Of a stretch of DNA of 43,301 bases, positions 40,003 through 43,301 are shown piece after piece. Both the position numbers and the translations under genes were made by a program. The notes below the pieces were generated by a model. That model saw nothing but the letters and a program-made list of their open reading frames with translations. It did not search any database and had not been told where the DNA came from. Position 1 is the first letter of the stretch, and each line of letters starts with the position of its first letter. Location of the stretch: the sequence record SRR22947725_4814; one strand, 5' to 3'.

Positions 40003-41315
40003 TTCAGTAGACCCTCGTAGTTGCGCTGCTCCATCTGCGCATTGATCTGCTTCACGGTCTGCAATCCAACACCGACGATGATAAGGATCGAGGTACCGCC
40101 GAACGGGAAGTTTTGGTTGGTTCCAATAGCGGTGAAGGCAACCAGCGGTATCAGTGCGATGAGACCCAGGTAGATTGCACCCGGAGCCGTGATGCGGCTG
40201 ATGACGTACTCGAGGTACTCGGTGGTCGGACGACCTGCGCGAATACCAGGAATGAAGCCTCCGTAGCGCTTCATGTTGTCGCTGATCTCCTCAGGGTTCA
40301 AGGTGATGGCGACGTAGAAGTATGTGAACCCGACAATGAGCAGGAAGTAAACGGCCATGTATAGCGGGTTGTCACCTGCGGTTAGGTAGGTAGAGATAAA
40401 CGTCACCCAAGGAGCTACCTGACCTGTGGTTGGGTCTGGCTGGTTGAACTGCGCGAGCAGAGCTGGGAGGTAGAGCATCGAGGAGGCGAAGATAACCGGG
40501 ATAACTCCAGCGGTGTTTACCTTCACGGGGATGTAGGTGGACTGGCCACCGTAAGCCTTGCGACCCACCATGCGCTTTGCGTACTGAACCGGAATCCTGC
40601 GCTGCGACTCCTCAACCAAAACCACAAGTGCAACGATCAAGAAGCCAACTGCCATCACGATGACGAAGATCTCGATGGTCCTGGTCTGCAGAATCTGCAA
40701 AAGCGATGCTGGGAAGGTCGATGCAATCGAGGTGAAGATAAGTAGCGACATGCCATTACCAACACCACGCTCGGTGATTAGCTCACCAATCCACATGATC
40801 AGACCAGTACCTGCGGTCATTGTGATGACCATCAGGGTGATTGAAAGCGGTCCGGTGTCAACCAGGATCGGCAGCGTACAGTCGGCACCAAACAAAGCGC
40901 CCTGTCTCGCAACCGTAATCAGGGTCGTTGACTGAAGCAGCGCAAGAGCGATGGTCAGGTAACGGGTGTACTGGGTGAGCTTGGACTGACCCGCTGGGCC
41001 CTCCTTGTGAAGTGCCTCAAACCTCGGGATAACGACCCTCAGCAGCTGGGTGATAATCGAAGCCGTGATGTACGGCATGATTCCCAGCGCGAAGATCGAG
41101 AGCTGGAGCAGTGCTCCACCCGAGAACAGGTTCACAAGCTCGTAGAGGCCAGAGGTGCTCTGGGACTGCGCTAGACACTGCTGAACGTTGGTGTAGTCCA
41201 CGTTCGGCGATGGAATGAAGGATCCCAATCGGAATACCGCAATCATTCCCAGCGTAAACGCAAGCTTGTTGCGCAGGTCCGGAGTGCGGAACGCGCGAGC
41301 TATTGCCTGAAACAC
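39999..41315 (-). CDS. secY: Preprotein translocase SecY
   Basis: Motifs SIFALGIMPYITASII, GVGNGMSL, RIPVQY, AGVIPVIFA, FIPGIRAG, GGTSILI. Confidence 0.99.
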   Translation of the reverse strand: MFQAIARAFRTPDLRNKLAFTLGMIAVFRLGSFIPSPNVDYTNVQQCLAQSQSTSGLYELVNLFSGGALLQLSIFALGIMPYITASIITQLLRVVIPRFEALHKEGPAGQSKLTQYTRYLTIALALLQSTTLITVARQGALFGADCTLPILVDTGPLSITLMVITMTAGTGLIMWIGELITERGVGNGMSLLIFTSIASTFPASLLQILQTRTIEIFVIVMAVGFLIVALVVLVEESQRRIPVQYAKRMVGRKAYGGQSTYIPVKVNTAGVIPVIFASSMLYLPALLAQFNQPDPTTGQVAPWVTFISTYLTAGDNPLYMAVYFLLIVGFTYFYVAITLNPEEISDNMKRYGGFIPGIRAGRPTTEYLEYVISRITAPGAIYLGLIALIPLVAFTAIGTNQNFPFGGTSILIIVGVGLQTVKQINAQMEQRNYEGLLK

Positions 41316-41337
41316 CTGATACCTCCCCTAGTTCTGA

Positions 41338-42036
41338 CTAGGCGTTGACGCTGCCTCCGGCAGCCTCAATCTTGGTCTTGGCCGACTCGGATACCTTGTC
41401 GACAGCGACCTCTAGCTTAACCGAGACATCACCATTGCCAAGGACCTTCACAGGCTCACCCTTACGGACTGCACCCTTTGCAACTAGATCATCGATTGTG
41501 ACCTTGCCACCCTTTGGATACAGCTCGCCGAGCTTGTCCAGGTTTACAACCTGGTACTCGACCCTAAATGGGTTCTTGAAACCACGCAGCTTAGGTGTGC
41601 GCATAACTAGGTTCACGCCACCACCTTCAAAGCCGAGACGGGTTGTGGTGCGAGCACCAGTTCCCTTAGTTCCACGACCCGCAGTCTTACCCTTAGATCC
41701 CTCACCGCGACCCTTACGAGTCTTGTCCTTCTTCGCACCAGGTGCTGGGCGAAGGTGGTGAAGACGCAGAATCTGCGACTTCTCCTTAGGCTCGCTTGGC
41801 TTCTTAGCAGCAGGCTTTGGAGCTGCTTTCGTCGGTGCGGCCTTTGCAGGTGCAGCCTTCTCGGCCGCTGGCTTTGCAGCTGGCTTTGGAGCTGCTTTGG
41901 GGGCAGCCTTAGCAGCTGGCTTTGCGGCGGCTTTAGGGGCAGCCTTTGGAGCTGCCTTGGCAGCAGGCTTGGCTGCAGCCTTAGCAGCTGGCTTAGCTGC
42001 TGGCTTCTTAGCGGCTGGCTTCTTTTCTTCAGCCAT
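41338..42036 (-). CDS. rplO: 50S ribosomal protein L15 with a long Lys/Ala/Pro N-terminal extension
   Basis: Core motifs [41 protein letters not shown] overlaps the rpmD stop and has a GGAG ribosome-binding site. Confidence 0.97.
   Translation of the reverse strand: MAEEKKPAAKKPAAKPAAKAAAKPAAKAAPKAAPKAAAKPAAKAAPKAAPKPAAKPAAEKAAPAKAAPTKAAPKPAAKKPSEPKEKSQILRLHHLRPAPGAKKDKTRKGRGEGSKGKTAGRGTKGTGARTTTRLGFEGGGVNLVMRTPKLRGFKNPFRVEYQVVNLDKLGELYPKGGKVTIDDLVAKGAVRKGEPVKVLGNGDVSVKLEVAVDKVSESAKTKIEAAGGSVNA
41800..42024 (-). repeat. Degenerate 12-bp coding tandem repeat ([12 protein letters not shown])
   Basis: Lys every 4 residues over aa 11-55 of L15; repeated gcagc/ggctt units on the + strand. Confidence 0.85.
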
Positions 42037-42221
42037 TAGTCGATCTCCTCAACTTTTACGAGGTGGGCAACGGTCTGTACAAGGCCGCGCACGCTCTTGG
42101 TGTCTTCGCGCACGACAATGTCACCGATGCGCTTGAGACCTAGCGTGCGAAGTGAATCGCGCTGGTTCTGCCTGCCACCGTTGGAACTCTTTACTTGGGT
42201 TACCTTCAGACGAGCCGCCAT
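42036..42221 (-). CDS. rpmD: 50S ribosomal protein L30
   Basis: Motifs [27 protein letters not shown]. Confidence 0.98.
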   Translation of the reverse strand: MAARLKVTQVKSSNGGRQNQRDSLRTLGLKRIGDIVVREDTKSVRGLVQTVAHLVKVEEID

Positions 42222-42914
42222 TTACTTAGCACCTGCCTTCTCAGTTTCTTTCTTCTCGCCACGAAGACGCGCCGGTGCTACCTCGGCAACGGTCTTGCCG
42301 CGACGGGTTGCAACAGCTTCTGGCTCCTCGAGTAGACGAAGGGCCTCCACGGTGGCGTGAACAATGTTTAGGGTGTTTGAAGAACCGAGCGACTTTGAAA
42401 GCACGTCGTGAACTCCAGCACACTCCAATACAGCGCGGACAGGACCACCGGCGATAACACCGGTTCCCTCAGCGGCTGGACGCAGTAGTACTACTCCGGC
42501 AGCTGCCTCACCCTGAACTGGGTGTGGGATGGTCGAGCCGATGCGAGGGACGCGGAAGAAGCTCTTCTTGGCCTCTTCGACACCCTTTGCAATCGCTGCT
42601 GGAACCTCTTTAGCCTTGCCGTAGCCAACGCCGACCATACCGTCGCCGTCTCCAACTACAACCAGTGCGGTGAAGGCAAAGCGACGACCACCCTTGACCA
42701 CCTTGGAAACGCGGTTGATTGTTACAACACGCTCCAAGAATGGGCTGGACTTGTCCTCGCGCTCACGGCGCTGCTCATTACGTGGGCCACGCTCGCGTGA
42801 ACCACGACGCTGCTCGCGCTCGTTCGGGTCAACCGGAGGCTGACCTGGAGCCTGAGTCTCGGCTGCAGCTTCGGTAGTTTCTACCACTTGCTCTTCCTTC
42901 TTCTCTTCGCTCAC
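42222..42914 (-). CDS. rpsE: 30S ribosomal protein S5
   Basis: Motifs [35 protein letters not shown]. Confidence 0.99.
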   Translation of the reverse strand: MSEEKKEEQVVETTEAAAETQAPGQPPVDPNEREQRRGSRERGPRNEQRREREDKSSPFLERVVTINRVSKVVKGGRRFAFTALVVVGDGDGMVGVGYGKAKEVPAAIAKGVEEAKKSFFRVPRIGSTIPHPVQGEAAAGVVLLRPAAEGTGVIAGGPVRAVLECAGVHDVLSKSLGSSNTLNIVHATVEALRLLEEPEAVATRRGKTVAEVAPARLRGEKKETEKAGAK

Positions 42915-43270
42915 AGTTTCAGTCCTCCCTCGCGGGCTGCCTCAGCAATTGCTGCGACTCGACCTGCGTAACGGTTACCACCGCGGTCAAAGACGACCTC
43001 TGAGACGCCGGCCTTCTTGGCCCGCTCAGCGATCAACTTGCCAACCTGGGTGGCTTTGTCGGTCTTGTTGCCGCTCACCTTGCGCATCTCGTCCTCCATG
43101 GTTGAGGCGCTTGCAAGGGTGTGGCCCTTGGCGTCATCAACCACCTGAACGAATACGTGGCGGGCGGAGCGGGTGACCACCAGGCGCGGACGCGCAGCGG
43201 TACCCTCGATCTTTTTGCGCAGCCGGGCGTGACGACGGGTCCGAGCTGCTGAGTTTGACTTGGTTGCCAT
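42911..43270 (-). CDS. rplR: 50S ribosomal protein L18
   Basis: Motifs RPRLVV, TLASAST, VFDRGG..Y.GRV, AREGGL. Confidence 0.99.
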   Translation of the reverse strand: MATKSNSAARTRRHARLRKKIEGTAARPRLVVTRSARHVFVQVVDDAKGHTLASASTMEDEMRKVSGNKTDKATQVGKLIAERAKKAGVSEVVFDRGGNRYAGRVAAIAEAAREGGLKL

Positions 43271-43272
43271 TT

Positions 43273-43301
43273 CTACTTACCAGCCTTTCCAGCCTTGCGA
43301 C
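43273..43301 (-). CDS. rplF: 50S ribosomal protein L6, 3' end only
   Basis: Reads ...RKAGKAGK* immediately upstream of rplR, the expected spc-operon position. Confidence 0.85.

Noticed and set aside
41755..42136. Cys/Trp-rich and Ala/Gly-rich + strand ORFs resembling peptide precursors
   Set aside because: Antisense translations of the rplO repeat; no RiPP machinery nearby.

Overview
Core-genome window from a streamlined actinobacterium. Gene order, tight packing and moderate GC point to Microbacteriaceae, probably a Luna-cluster (Aquiluna/Rhodoluna-like) organism; this taxonomy is inference. Most genes are on the minus strand. Reading along it: end of the spc operon (rplF tail, rplR, rpsE, rpmD, rplO, secY, adk, map), infA-rpmJ-rpsM-rpsK-rpoA-rplQ-truA, rplM-rpsI-glmM, coaA (+), glmS-acpS-alr-tsaE-tsaB-[rimI-tsaD fusion], a SAM methyltransferase (+), a stand-alone groES with two CIRCE operators, rarD, a Liv-type ABC transporter (livHMGF on +, with a convergent binding-protein gene), guaB-guaB3-SURF1, a complete mannitol PTS block (DeoR regulator, IIC, IIB, IIA, mtlD, ptsH, ptsI), DUF3817-like-guaA-glpQ-pcrA, sucCD and the start of a membrane protein. 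I see no tRNA, rRNA, CRISPR, IS, prophage or defence system, and I cannot support a wholly new multi-gene system. The most notable observations are: an unannotated 52-aa glycine-zipper ORF closing the liv operon; the mannitol PTS block inserted into the gua gene cluster with a three-copy operator candidate; stop codons that double as -10 boxes for leaderless genes; a pseudoknotted rpsM leader; oppositely charged low-complexity tails on L15 and L17; the RimI-TsaD fusion; and a 10-bp-phased A-tract array upstream of the binding-protein gene.
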